From assembly GCA_964016885.1 (NCBI GenBank), contig OZ024742.1:314526001-314590000 (forward strand): 64,000 nt of DNA, read 5' to 3'. The notes under the pieces were generated by a model. The model saw nothing but the letters and a program-made list of their open reading frames with translations. It had not been told where the DNA came from and made no database searches. Position numbers and translations under genes: made by a program. The DNA is from Eledone cirrhosa. Taxonomy: Eukaryota. This document shows positions 27,178 through 41,495 of the stretch, one piece after another. The first letter of the stretch is position 1; each line of letters begins with the position of its first letter.

Positions 27178-27711
27178 TATTGTTATACTTTGGGAGGGTC
27201 ATGTTGCCAATAAGAAACACACGCACCAGCTGCTTTCACTTCAATTTATTATATATTTATAAATTTATAAATTTATAAATTTCTGGTTGGTTGGTTGGTT
27301 CCACAACCAGATAGTTGTTTATATATAGTCATAGTTCTTTCGTCACACACTCTGTGACCTCTTCAGTGACTGGGGATTCCTTTCTTTGTTTCTGTGCCTC
27401 TCCTTTGTTCTGTCTTACGCCATTTTGTTTCTGTGTGTGTGTTGTGTGCTCAGTCTGAGCATGCGCCACATCCGGGTGTCTGTGTGTGTTTATGTTCATT
27501 TATTTATTTGTTTATTTACATGTTACTGGTTGGTTGTTTGTTCTATGTGTGTGTGTGTTTTCATTTTGTCCTTAATTGTAAGTTGTGATGTTGCTGTTCC
27601 ACTCATATTTTCTATTTAATTTTGGCAACATGACCCTCCCAAAGTATAACAATATCGGTTTCAACACACGATTTCAGATAAAGAATCTTGCTAAACAAAT
27701 TCAGAAACGAA

Positions 27712-27715
<4 letters not shown>
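27178..27715 (-). mobile_element. Hammerhead-bearing non-autonomous element with an inverted terminal segment (family also at 38320-38830 and 41678-42299)
   Basis: Near-identical copies; 27622-27713 is an inverted copy of the element terminus. Confidence 0.8.
27327..27371 (-). ncRNA. Minimal hammerhead motif
   Basis: agtca-CTGAAGA-g-gtcaca/tgtgac-GAAA-GAAC-TA-tgact. Confidence 0.82.
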
Positions 27716-27792
<77 letters not shown>

Positions 27793-27850
27793 TATATATA
27801 TTATATATATATATATATTATTTTATATATATATATATATATATATTATG

Positions 27851-28085
27851 TATTTATTAAAATAACAGATTATAAGCAAAGAATCACTGCTTTCACCCTT
27901 AACGGGATATTCTGAAACTCAGAAGTTTCAGAAGATTCCGTTAAGGGTGAAAGTAGCGATTCTTTGCTTAAACTTTAATCTGTTATTTTAATAAATATTT
28001 GCTCTACGGTTCTTATATATTTGATATATATTTTCCTTATCGAGCCCTCTTTGGATTTTAGTCTTCAATTTTATTATTATTACTA
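27851..28085. repeat. Fold-back copy of the pLTR terminus of the PLE at 14741-16040
   Basis: Arms meet at tctgaaact-caga-agtttcaga near 27920. Confidence 0.8.
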
Positions 28086-28117
28086 TATATTATGTGTATA
28101 TATATGATATATATATA

Positions 28118-28170
<53 letters not shown>

Positions 28171-28263
28171 ATACATATATATTATATATATATATATATT
28201 ATATATATATTATATATATATATATTATATATATATATATATTATATATATTATATATATATA

Positions 28264-28309
<46 letters not shown>

Positions 28310-28527
28310 TTTATATATATATAATATATATTATATATATATAATATATATATATAATATATATATATATAATATATATATATAATATATATATATAATG
28401 CCACCAGTCGTAAGCAACTACCACACCCCTTCCAACCTGACCGCGGCTACGTCACGATTTTTAGCTATTTTGAAATGAATTCTTGGCGCGATCGGTTTGG
28501 AAAATTTAGTGTCTAGATAAGAGCGAG

Positions 28528-28613
28528 CTTCCTGATAAATCCGGCGCTCAAGTTTATATAATTATTACATAATTATTGGAAAACTCAAAACACGGACGAA
28601 ACCATGGTAGAGG
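28528..28613 (+). ncRNA. Hammerhead motif with long stem II, G8A mutated
   Basis: cttc-CTGATAA-atccg...cggac-GAAAC-CATG-GTA-gagg. Confidence 0.65.
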
Positions 28614-29039
28614 TATTTAATGTATTCTATTTTCTCCTAGTTTATTTTAGACCTAATTCTGTTTAGTTGACTGTATCTGGGCGATTACGCTGTCGAAATA
28701 TTCGATAAAATAGACATGTTTTATGATATATAGCTCTGATTGTTTAATTTATTAATTTTTCATTGAGCCACCAGTGACCAGTTGCAAAACACGTATATGT
28801 ATATGTATGTATATATATATATATATATATATGTAAACTTTTATATGTAATAATCTCCCATTAGGTTGAGATACAAATTTGGCTTTATTGTGCTGTGCTT
28901 TCTAGCAAAAATGCCACCAGTCGTAAGCAACTACCACACCCTTACAACCTGACCGCGGCTACGTCACGATTTTTAGCCATTTTGAAATGAATTCTTGGTG
29001 CGATCGGTTTGGAAAATTTAGTGTCTAGATAAGAGCGAG

Positions 29040-29125
29040 CTTCCTGATGAATCCGGCGCTCGAGTTTATATAATTATTACATAATTATTAGAAAACTCAA
29101 AACACGGACGAAACCATGGTAGAGG
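29040..29125 (+). ncRNA. Hammerhead motif with long stem II, canonical core
   Basis: cttc-CTGATGA-atccg..gagttt..aaactc..cggac-GAAAC-CATG-GTA-gagg; palindromic ACCATGGT stem III. Confidence 0.8.
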
Positions 29126-29458
29126 TATTTAAATGTATTCTATTTTCTCCTAGTTTATTTTACACCTAATTCTGTTTAGTCGACTGTATCTGGGCGATTA
29201 CGCTGTCGAAATATTCGATAAATATTCCGCTACGGCCTACGCGAAGCGCTAGTTTCGGTTATTTGTCGGAAATTTCTTGATAGAAGCCTCATTCTTATAG
29301 CTTGGTCTATTCGATTTTTTATATAGTTAATTATGCTAATTGGGAGAGGAATAGTATATATTTTATCTTGTGATTCTATAGACATGTTTTATGATATATA
29401 ATATATATATATATATATATAAGTTATAAGAATCAAAGTTCTGATCAAATCATTTCTA

Positions 29459-29492
29459 TGCTTACAATTGTTTCCTCGGATTCTTCGGAGCA
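29459..29492 (-). ncRNA. Ultra-short hammerhead-like motif (CCGAAGA family, stem II largely lost)
   Basis: tgct-CCGAAGA-atccgag-GAAAC-AATT-GTA-agca. Confidence 0.6.
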
Positions 29493-29595
29493 ATTTATTA
29501 ATGGATGATCACATATATGACCTCCTTTTCAACCCAAGAGACATACAGATACATATGCAAACCTTGTGTTGCATAACCATAAATGGTATCCTTAA

Positions 29596-29661
<66 letters not shown>

Positions 29662-29852
29662 ATAATAATAAAATTCTTCCTCCGGTTGCAACGTTTTTTG
29701 AAATATCCAGTTCTGCGTTTACAGATTGACTTTGTTAGTTTCAGAAGATCCCGTTAAGGGTGAAAGCAGCGATTCTTTGCTTAAACTTTAATCTGTTATT
29801 TTAATAAATATATATATATATATGTGAGATCTGCCTATGGATAACAATGGAC

Positions 29853-29922
<70 letters not shown>

Positions 29923-30668
29923 GTCCATTGTTATCCATAGGCAGATCTCACACAATGCAGCCTCCACAGAAGAATACTGCTCGACTATGGCAGACAATAG
30001 ATATACCCAGTTTTGATAATCCCTACTAAGTTGAAAGAAACTAATCAATTAAAGGTTAATTCAAAAAGCCTTCAATAAACCCTTCAGAAAAGGCCCCTTT
30101 AATATTTTTAATAGGAACCTCCTCCGAGAGACCCTTCGAAGAATTAAAATTTTAGAGAGCCTTTAAGGATATATATAAACGAATTGAGGAAAATTATAAA
30201 TTAGAAGTTAAAAATTACGGTATTTGTATATCCGAGGAATTTTCAAAGTGCTGCTTCAACAGATACAACTTAGGTATAATAGATAACATAATTTAAGTAA
30301 TTTAAGTAATTTAATTAGGGAGCAATTCAAAGAGCTTATCAAGTTGGGAAAGATTAAAGAAAATGAAAAAGGTATTGAGGGATTTTTTAAGGTGCTTCTA
30401 CGAGATCCCAAGTCTTTTACTTTTAATGCGTAAATTATAAATTATCTAATTTTTAAACCTTCAATCCTTGACTCTTAGGCCCTTTTCAAATTCTCTTAAC
30501 TCCCCTTAACCCATCCCTTTTACAATTCCGACAACTAATATAAAAGAGCCCCCTTAGAATATAGACCCCAAATATACAAGCGGAGCTGCTGATGTATACC
30601 ACCATTTCAAACTGCTAGTCTTAAGTGATACGTTGATGTAAATAATGAACTTACAATCACATGTTATA

Positions 30669-30715
30669 TGCCTTGAAAAGACCCTCCATATGATCGGACG
30701 AAACGGCTGTCGGCA
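30669..30715 (+). ncRNA. Minimal hammerhead motif, U3-A8 variant
   Basis: tgcc-TTGAAAA-gacc...ggac-GAAAC-GGCT-GTC-ggca, overlapping AATAAA. Confidence 0.75.
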
Positions 30716-30874
30716 ATAAACATGTTATAATGTCATAATAGTTCCTTTGTTTTTTTTCATTAATATTTCTGCTCTGCTTATACGCATAGAGCTTAACTAG
30801 CTACCGTCGCATATTTGGTAGGTCAGACGTGATCATCGCGATTCACATACGACCTACCATATATCTTGCTTATA

Positions 30875-30998
<124 letters not shown>

Positions 30999-31042
30999 AT
31001 ATTATATATATTATATATATATATATATATTATATATATATA

Positions 31043-31179
<137 letters not shown>

Positions 31180-31248
31180 ATTTATATATATATATATTAT
31201 ATATATTTATATATATATATATATAATATATATATATTATATATATAT

Positions 31249-31282
<34 letters not shown>

Positions 31283-31295
31283 ATTATATATATAT

Positions 31296-31326
<31 letters not shown>

Positions 31327-31351
31327 ATATATTATATATATATATATATAT

Positions 31352-33606
31352 AATTTTGATAACTTTGATAGGTTTCTGCCGGTATTGGCCCAGGCCATGT
31401 CTAACTTAATAGCACCACCTGGCGAAGTCTTACAAATCAGTGTTTGGGCACCATGGCCCACTCGAGCAGAGAGTTATTGTTTACGGAGGCATATCCGGGT
31501 GTAGGAGGCTTATCCGGGATTTCTTGAAGGAATTTATCCAAAGACTTCTTGAACTTGATGTGGTCTGTCTCTGCTTTGATGTGTTTTGGTGTTATGTTAA
31601 AGAGTGCAGGGCCAATTGAGGTGAAATAATTGTTCCGTATTGTTGTTATGTGATGCGAGTGGGATTTTTGTCCTGGGCCGATAGCACGGGGCCCAAGCCT
31701 TGGGTGTACACTAAAGGTGATGCCAACATCATTTGGGCTAAGCTGATGGAATATATTCCACATCATACAGATAATGTAGCGCTCACGGCGACGTTGAAGA
31801 GATTAAAGTTTGAGCTTTTCTAAACGACCCCAATAGTCAAGGCCTGTCACGCCAACTATCTTTTTTTGTAATTGACCTTTGGGGTGCTTCAACTTTCATG
31901 ATACTTTGTTACGTGTGGGGTGACCACAGTGGACAACCGTATTTAAGGTGGGGTCGGGAAAAAGTGGAGAAGAGAAGGACAACAGTGTGGATATCTCTCG
32001 ACTGGAAAGTTCTGAGAATCCAGGAACACATTCTGCGGGCCATATCAACTTTGCTCTTTATATGAGTGGCCCAACTTATATTGTTATCCACAATTACTCC
32101 CAGGTCTCTGATATTATTGGAAGCCACTAGAGTTTCACCCGAAGGAAGAGAGTATGGTAGTTTCAGGGCATCCTTTTTTCCAAAGTGGATTAGTTCCAAT
32201 TTATGCTCATTCAACAGCATATTATTCATCTCTGCCCATTGGATAACAGCCAGCAGGTCTGACTGAAGGCAAGTCCGGTCACCCACCTCATTGATGACCC
32301 TTTGGAGCTTGGAATCATCTGCGAAGATTCTGATGTTACTGTGTTTGATGATGTCTGTAATGTCATTAATGTAGATGATGAAAAGAAGTTGGCCAACACA
32401 GTGCCTTGTGGGACGCCACTGCTGACTTAGGCAGGGCTTGATTTTACTCCTTCGACTACAACATGCTGGGTTCTGCCTGTCAGGAAACATTTAATCCACT
32501 GTAGTAACCTTCCAGAGACACCAACATTGGATAGTTTTTTCAGTAGAATCTTATGATCAACCCTGTCGAAGGACTTGCTGAAATCAAGGTAGATGACATC
32601 AGTGTTGGAGCCCTCTCCCAAGGCTCTCAAAATATCGTCAAAGTGATGCAGGAGCTGCGTTAGGCAGTCCCTTCCATTACGGAACCCATGTTGGTTGGAG
32701 TTCAGCTGGCCGTTGCTTTCAAGAAAGTGGGTTATTCGTGATCTCACCACCCTCTCAAATACCTTGATAATATGAGAAGTGAGCGAGATCGGACGGCAGT
32801 TCACTGCAAGGGACTTATTTCCCTTTTTGAAGACTGGGACAACGGACTGGGACAGAAAGTTTTCAGGAATATAGCCAGTGTCCAGTGAGTTCCTCCACAG
32901 ATTAGCAAGAGGAATTGTAAGTTGGTGTCGACACACCTTCAGGACACAAGCAGGGAACCAGTCGGGGCCTACTGCTGAATTGTGTTTAATTTCGTTTATT
33001 GCCGCTAATACATCAGGGGCGCCAACAGTGGAGACGGTGACCTTGTGTTTTTTAGCGAATGATAACACTTTGCGGTTGAGTTTGATTTCTCAATGGCCCA
33101 CCTCTCTTCAGCTATTCTCTGGTTATTGATGATGGTCATCATGCATTGCTGGAGGTTACATTTTTTTTACTCAAGCAGGGTTATAGCCATTGAATGTGTG
33201 TGTTGCTGTATTTTAGTGTGTTAATTTTTTTGTTTGTTCTTTTTATTTTTCTGTTAATTGTTTTTCTGTTTTGGGGGATACTACACTTTTGTTTTATTCA
33301 CAGGTTTGGTGGGGTGTGTTTTGTACATATATTTGTGACAGTGTCTACAAAGATCTGCCAAGATGTTTTGATTTGGTGGAAATGTGTGCGTGTGTAAAAG
33401 ACCAGTCGACATGTGATAGTTCGTTCATAATTGCATCCCAGTTGGCATTGTAGAGATCCATGTTATCAAATGGGTGGGCTGGAGAGAGGACCCTTGGATT
33501 AGCTTTCGGCTGGGGGTATCTCAGGTTACACAGAACCATGTCATGGTCTGAGTGACTGGGTTGGTTCCACGGTAATATTATGTATAGTGTTAGTGTGGTT
33601 ACTAAA
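31352..33606 (-). mobile_element. Second, 5' truncated and decayed copy of the CR1/L2-group LINE, embedded in (TA)n
   Basis: ORF fragments match ORF2 at 17770-20102; same 3' UTR (cgccaggtggtgctattaagttagacatggcc); internal deletion near 33025. Confidence 0.93.
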
Positions 33607-34063
33607 TATATATATATATATATATATACATTATAATATATAATAATACTTTGTTTTATTATAATATATAACTAATTCTTTGATTTATTAATCAAACCTT
33701 GTTTAACCCTTAAATATATATATATTATATATCTTTTATATATATATATATATATCTAAATATATATATATATATTATATATATATTATATATATAATAT
33801 ATATATATATTATATATATATTATATATATATATAATATATATATATTATATATATATTATATATATATATATATTATATATATATATTATATATATATA
33901 TATATATTATATATATATATATAGTAATAATAATAAATTTGAACACTAAAATCCAAAGAGGGCTCGTTATTTTAATAAATATATATATATATATATTTAT
34001 ATATATTATATATCTATTATATATATTATATATATGTATTATATGTATATATATATATATATG

Positions 34064-34212
<149 letters not shown>

Positions 34213-34278
34213 ATTATATATATATTATATATATATATATTATATATATATATATTATATATATATATTATATATATA

Positions 34279-34334
<56 letters not shown>

Positions 34335-34340
34335 ATATAT

Positions 34341-34391
<51 letters not shown>

Positions 34392-34547
34392 CATATATAT
34401 ATATATATAATACATATATATAATATATATATATATATAATATATATATATATAATAGATATATAATATATATATAAATATATATATATATATATTTATT
34501 AAAATAACGAGCCCTCTTTGGATTTTAGTCTTCAAATTTATTATTAT

Positions 34548-34665
<118 letters not shown>

Positions 34666-34702
34666 ATATATATATAATATATATATATATTATATATATA
34701 TT

Positions 34703-34749
<47 letters not shown>

Positions 34750-34877
34750 ATATATATATATATATATTATATATATATATATATTATATATATATATATA
34801 TTATATAGAAAAAGAGATGAAATCGAAAATGCAACTGAAGTCTTATTTTTTTTTTAAATATATATATTTATTTGGTT

Positions 34878-34915
34878 CTTTTACCGGTTTCGCAGTTCTT
34901 CTGCTTTTCAAAAGG
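34878..34915 (-). ncRNA. Hammerhead motif, U3-A8 variant (copy of 23345)
   Basis: Reverse complement of the 23345-23382 motif within a ~135 bp terminal fragment. Confidence 0.72.
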
Positions 34916-35119
34916 TGAGTTGAGATGGAGGGTCTGTGGTTTTATATATTATATATATATATAGTAATAATAATAAATTTGAAGACTAAAATCCAAAGAG
35001 GGCTCGTTATTTTAATAAATATATATATATATATAAATTTATATATATTATATATATATTATATATCTATTATATATATATATATATTATATATATATAT
35101 ATATATTATATATATGTAT

Positions 35120-35151
<32 letters not shown>

Positions 35152-35153
35152 AT

Positions 35154-35258
<105 letters not shown>

Positions 35259-35801
35259 AGTTTATGTTCGTTGTATACCAACACCTCAGTATGCAGGCTG
35301 GAGCACTCGACGAAGTGCGCAGGCTGGTTTGGTTACTCCGGAGTAGTGTAAAATAAAGTTAAATAAAAGTCAAATGCTTAAAATTTATCTTCGTTTATTA
35401 CTGCTATATATATTTCAGTGACACTACAGGGAGCCTCTACAGGGAGCCTCACCCCAGAAATAATTCTATGGACTTCTGACTGAGGAATGCTCTCAGAACT
35501 GAACAATGGGAAGTTTGACACTTTTTTTGTTATATTGTTCCTTTAACACCTTGTACCTTCTACCATTTTATCAATTTTTAAGCTAACTCCAACAATAACA
35601 ACACTTATAATGAGGAATGTTCTAATAACTGACCAATGAGAGGAGAAGGGGACATGTGACACGAAAATTCGTTTGTTTGAATTCATATGACTCCAGTTCC
35701 CCAGTGAATTGACAACCCAACAAGGAACTGGGCATATCAGAGTATTGACAATATCATACACCTAAATAACATATGTACTTGTCTATACCATACTAATTCA
35801 A

Positions 35802-35856
35802 ACTGCCTGAAGAGGTCACAGCCAAAGATGGCTGTCACTGAAATATATATAGCAGT
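35802..35856 (+). ncRNA. Minimal type I hammerhead motif, canonical core
   Basis: actgc-CTGAAGA-ggtcacagcca/tggctgtcact-GAAA-T ATAT A-TA-gcagt-AATAAA. Its 3' half is duplicated in inverted orientation at about 35350-35423. Confidence 0.87.
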
Positions 35857-35900
35857 AATAAACGAAGCTAAATTTTAATCATTTGACTTTTATTTAACTT

Positions 35901-35979
<79 letters not shown>

Positions 35980-36029
35980 GAAAGGATGAATATAAAATGA
36001 AAGTGCTTTTTTTAAAAACGGAATTTATT

Positions 36030-36067
36030 AGGTATTGACATATGTTTCTGTAACAGACTGAATACCT
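36030..36067 (-). ncRNA. Decayed hammerhead remnant in the 3' region of the Hydra-type PLE
   Basis: 7 bp stem I aggtatt/aatacct and GAAAC-ATAT-GTC are intact; the CTGANGA segment is disrupted. Confidence 0.55.
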
Positions 36068-36617
36068 ATGTATCGCTGCTTGTGTAATCATATAATGTTA
36101 GCAAGTATTCGATAGCAAATGTATAATCAGTTGTCACTTCTTCAGAGATTTTGTATAAATTGGATAAAATAAGAAAAATTGAAGTATTTATATTAGTAAT
36201 AGAGGAAGAAACAGAGGGGATAGTATATGACAGATGGTAAATTAAGTTACTGCTAAACAAGTATATAATGGGTTTCTAATGAGAATACCATAAGTAAATC
36301 TAAATAAGAATTTTGGGAGTGCCAATTTTAATCTCTACTGACCAACTGGACAGTGGACAGTGCTGGTTATTTGGTGTAGTAGTATTAATTATAAAGTGTC
36401 AATTGGGGAAGGGGGAGATTTCGATTGCTACTAAATAACATCAATGCTAGTAGCCAGCTGGTATATGCATTAGGGAATTGAATCAAGAAATCAGAAATCT
36501 CATTTTATCTATAGCAGTTTGTATTAAAAGGTAAATAATAGAAGAGTTGATAGAATTAAGACTAATAAAGAATGTTAATATCTATTTTGACAATCAAACG
36601 GGGATATAGACAGGCGT

Positions 36618-37713
36618 TCAATCCCGGTAGTATTTATAATATGAAAATGTAGATTTTAAGCGATAGTTACAGTATAACGATCGCTCTATTCTGTTATTTA
36701 ATAAAATGTTTTTGGATTTCATAATACAAAATAATTCTACATTACATAATTTACAAAATTCCTGTCCATGGGAATAGGGGGGGGGGGGCATGCGCTATTA
36801 TATCCCATTTTAGGTGAAATTGTTGGTTATTTTCACGCTGCCAAGCCTTGTCTGCGAGTGTTGTTACATAACGCTGGTTTTCATGTTTTATCGAGTAACG
36901 ATGTCTATAAAGGCGTGATTTGAAGGAGGTGGCTGTAGATCCCACATAGTACCACTTCTGTCTATCCGATTCGATAGTACATTTGTATACGATGTTGCGT
37001 TCAAGACACTGATTGTTCAACGGACAAATTCCTGGTTGGACACAGTTGCAATTATAATTTTGCGTTGTTATATTGCCATGGATGGGTTGATGAGGTTGCT
37101 TATGTAGGACAGGATGTTGTTTGTTGTTTTGTGATGTTATAGCTAATGTTTTACGTGTATTGTTATGTGTTGGAAGGCGTTTATACAACCGTTTTGCGTT
37201 AAGCTTTTTTATATGTTGTTCAATATTAGGGGCGGTTGAATATGAAAGTCGAATAGTGTTAGGGTTTAAGATTTTATTATATTTATGTGATGTTGGAAAG
37301 TGTTTTTTAACTAATCGAAAGAATTTTGAGGGTAGATTGGTTTTAATAGAGTTGTTATAGACCGGGTTGTACCAAATATACTCCTTACATCGCCTTCTGT
37401 TTGGTGGTGTGCGACTATTATTGTGTCTATTGCGGTAGTGTATGTATGGTGGTGATTCTGTGCTATTTCTACTCCTATGGGATTTATTTTGGGTGTTTTG
37501 GTGATCTTTGACTATATACTCTATATTATCTAGGTGACCGGCTTTCGTAAGTGCATCATCATAATATTCGGCATGTTCTTTGAAGGTTTGTTGGTTGGAC
37601 GACAGGCGGGAGATTCTAAGAGAAACATTTCTAGGGATGGATTTAATTATAGAGAGTGGATGGTTAGAACTCGTATTTACATATTTAAGGTTCTCATTTA
37701 GTTTATGGAACGG
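36618..37713 (-). pseudogene. 5' truncated PLE ORF (RT thumb, CxCx5C linker, GIY-YIG endonuclease), Hydra-type
   Basis: Manual translation is open from 37713: PFHK..YVNTSSNHPLSIIKSIP..IWYNP..KHFPTSH..NTIRLSYS..CNCVQPGICPLNNQC..IVYKC..YYVGST..FKSRLYRH. After a frameshift in the G run at 36777-36789 it continues PYSHGQEFCKLCNVE..LLNNRIE to a stop at 36618. Confidence 0.88.
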
Positions 37714-37845
37714 TTTAATCGTTTAATCGTTTAATCGTTTCTACATTTTCTCCGGAATATAACTTATACTCGTTGAGCAAACCTGCACGTACGCTGCTCA
37801 TCTCTAACGTAACGATATATTATCACTACATTATTGATAACCTGA

Positions 37846-37980
<135 letters not shown>

Positions 37981-38525
37981 ATATATATATTATATATATA
38001 TATTATATATATATATATATTAACCTATATATATATATATTATATATATATTATATATAATATATAATATATATATATATTATATATATACTATATATAT
38101 ATTATATATATAGTATATATATATTATATATATACTATATATATATTATATATATTATATATATACTATATATATATTATATATATTATATATATATTAT
38201 ATATATACTATATATATATTATATATATAATATATATATATATATTATATATATATTATATATATATTATATATATATTATATATATATTATATATATAT
38301 ATATAGGTATATATATATATTTCGTTTCTGAAGTTGTTTAGCAAGATTCTTTATCTGAAATTGTGTGTTGAAACCGATATTATTATACTTTGGGAGGGTC
38401 ATGTTGCCAATAAGAAACACACGCACCAGTAGCTTTCACTTCAATTTATTATATATTTATAAATTTATAAATTTATAAATTTCTGTTGGTTGGTTGGTTC
38501 CACAACCAGATAGTTGTTTATATAT

Positions 38526-38570
38526 AGTCATAGTTCTTTCGTCACACACTCTGTGACCTCTTCAGTGACT
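38526..38570 (-). ncRNA. Minimal hammerhead motif (family of 27327)
   Basis: Identical motif to 27327-27371. Confidence 0.82.
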
Positions 38571-39713
38571 GGGGATTCCTTTCTTTGTTTCTGTGCCTCT
38601 CCTTTGTTCTGTTCTACGCCATTTTGTTTCTGTGTGTGTGTTGTGTGCTCAGTCTGCGCACGCGCCACATCCGGGTGTCTGTGTGTGTTTATGTTCATTT
38701 ATTTATTTGTTTATTTACATGTTACTGGTTGGTTGTTTGTTCTATGTGTGTGTGTGTTTTCATTTTGTCCTTAATTGTAAGTTGTGATGTTGCTGTTCCA
38801 CTCATATTTTCTATTTAATTTTGGTTGTAATTCTTTTATGTTTATTGCCTCTGTAATTTGTCTAAACATTGCGTCTTTTCTGTGTGTAGATTCTATTTTT
38901 ATTTCTATGTTCTCTAATTTACTCTTGTGTTCTATTTTAGCATGTTGGTAGAGTACAGATGATTCTTTAACACACTGGATCTGTTATAAATAATACTTAT
39001 CTGTTGTTGCAAGAAAATATTTATCGAGTCATGAAATGTTTTGAGTTGTCCACCAACTTCTTATTTTTGCTTCTCTTTTGGTGGCCACTTTCAAATGTTC
39101 TCTTCATTGCTGAAAATGTATTAAATCAATATTTAGCTAACATAGATCTACATTTTATTGTTTTATGTATATTTATAAATGTTTTCGCATAAATTAGGTT
39201 ATTAAACTTTTAGTATTTGTAATAATTGTTTCTCCTTTTGGCACAAGGCCAGGAATTATCCCAGTGCATTACTGTTACTTTATTGTTTCGACCCTGTGAG
39301 GATGAAAAGCAAAGTTAACTCAAACCTCAATGATTTGGTAAAGACTATATGTTCACTGAAGCTGATGTAGATTATTGTACCACTAAATGTTCCTCTGGTT
39401 GTCAAAATTCGAAACTTCTAAGCGAGTGTTCTAAAATCTAACTAGATATCGTTCGAAATAATATATACAGATTAGAAAAGCAGTTCATTTGTGATAAATA
39501 ATATTTATTAGCATATTTTAGAAGTGATCCCTCCTCAATCTTTACCCAGAGATAAAAAGGTCTATAAGAATAGTGTTAACCTAACATCGTTGATATAGGT
39601 ACTACCGGTGTACCGTATAACATATTGTTATTATAGCTGCAACAGAAAACACTACAATAATGTAGCCTACCGTATATCAGTTAACGTTTTAACTCACATT
39701 ATTTCCGAACCAG

Positions 39714-40352
39714 GGTGGTGGATTGGCAGTATCGGTAGAGGGTCGGACGCCATGCTTTGACGTATAGAGTTACGGCCCTTGCCATTCTAAGTTCAAATCC
39801 CGCCGAGGTTAACTTTACCTTTCATCCTTACGGGGTCGATAAAATAAAGTACCAGTAATGCACTGGGTAATCTAATGTAGCTCTCCAATACCGTTCGTGT
39901 TTAGAACACGTTTTAACATTTTTTGGGGGGTTTTTGGAATAAAGTCTTTAAAACTTAATGTACCATGCAGTTGTAAAAGTATTTTACAATTGTTATCATT
40001 ATGACATAACTATTATTGGCAGTATCGGTGGAGGGTCGGACGCCATGCTTTCCAGCATAGTTAGTCCCTTTATAATCTGAGTTCAAATCCCGCCGAGGTT
40101 GACTTTGCCTTTCATCCTTACGGGGTCGATAAAATAAAGTACCAGTAATATACTGGGTAATTGCTGGCCTTGTACCTAAAGTAGAAACAATTATGACATA
40201 ACTATTATGAGTTCAAATCCCGCCGAGGTTAACTTTGCCTTTCATCCTTACGGGGTCGATAATATAAAGGACCTGTCACGCACTGGGTTCGATTTAATCG
40301 ACTTTCCCCTCCCCCAAAAAATTGCTGGCTTATGCCTATAGTAGAAATCATT
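39714..40352 (+). mobile_element. Cluster of three Meta-type SINE copies (39714-39870, 40015-40195, 40207-40352); a partial minus-strand copy lies at 39223-39322
   Basis: agttcaaatcccgccgaggtt...ctttcatccttacggggtcgataaaataaagtaccagt repeated. Confidence 0.85.
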
Positions 40353-41403
40353 AGAGGCTGTGTATCCCTAAGTTACAGCTTATTTAGCTTAGAAATAATC
40401 CAGCATTGCTTAAGTCTAGGTATAACAACCAGCTAAAGTGTGAGCCTTTTTGAGGCACTTCCTGGAAAAATGAACAGTGAGCCTGACCCTTTCAGGGTCT
40501 CTGAGACTCATGGTGGGGAGGATACTTTGTACACAACCGGAATGCTTGTAACAAATTGAACATCCAAAGGGGTTTTCGGATTTTATCTATCAAGTAAAAT
40601 TTTGAGCATCCTCCCTCTTGATAATAAATTCCAATTGATCAAATGGACCCGTTTCCATATCTATTTCCTGGCAGTTTAGAATACAATACCTAACAACTTT
40701 ATTACTGAGAATGTAGCTGACGAAACAGCAGATATTTTCCAATTTTCCCTTAAGATCTAACTTAAAATCATATTTCTTTCATTAGATACACATAATACCA
40801 TTGCTATATTTCCTAACATATTTACTGATATATCAATACAATCTCCTGCTTTTGCTATTCTCTCCTAATTATTCAATATATAAAACACGTTCAACATATT
40901 GATTTCCTATCGTGGTTATATATCCCACAAAGATGTATTATATGTATCTATCATTCTAATCTGCAAAGCATTTTCTTGCAATTATATTATCTATGCAGCA
41001 TTACTACTATAGGAATTAAAGGAATTACCGCGAGAACATATTTTTTCGATCGGATATATTATATAACGCTGATCAAGTGCGTAAATCTGCAGAAACTTAC
41101 AGTTATTCAGCATTTACGTTAAAAGAGAATATATATATATATATATATATATAGCGAGAGGGAGAGAGAGATGGGGGGGGGGGGAGAGGTAGAGGTATGA
41201 GCCCAACCGCGATGCCAAGTGGTTACGGCAATTGTTTTCAGTAATTGTATTCAAGGATTACTGAAAAGACGAACCGGAACCGTTTAGAGTCATGGCCGGG
41301 TTCATACCTCTCTCGATAGCCACTCTATATCTCTCTATGCATTGAGAACTCCCATAAACTGTGGTCTCCCCTCCCTCAAGAGACTCTCTCTCACTTTCGC
41401 TTT

Positions 41404-41495
<92 letters not shown>

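Larger units (their letters stand above)
28397..29400 (+). mobile_element. Tandem (direct-repeat) hammerhead-bearing element, retrozyme/pLTR-like
   Basis: Repeat units start at 28397 and 28910 (aatgccaccagtcg); flanked by (TA)n. Confidence 0.78.

Noticed and set aside
39714-39805. tRNA-like A/B boxes
   Set aside because: These are SINE heads with no complete cloverleaf, not tRNA genes.
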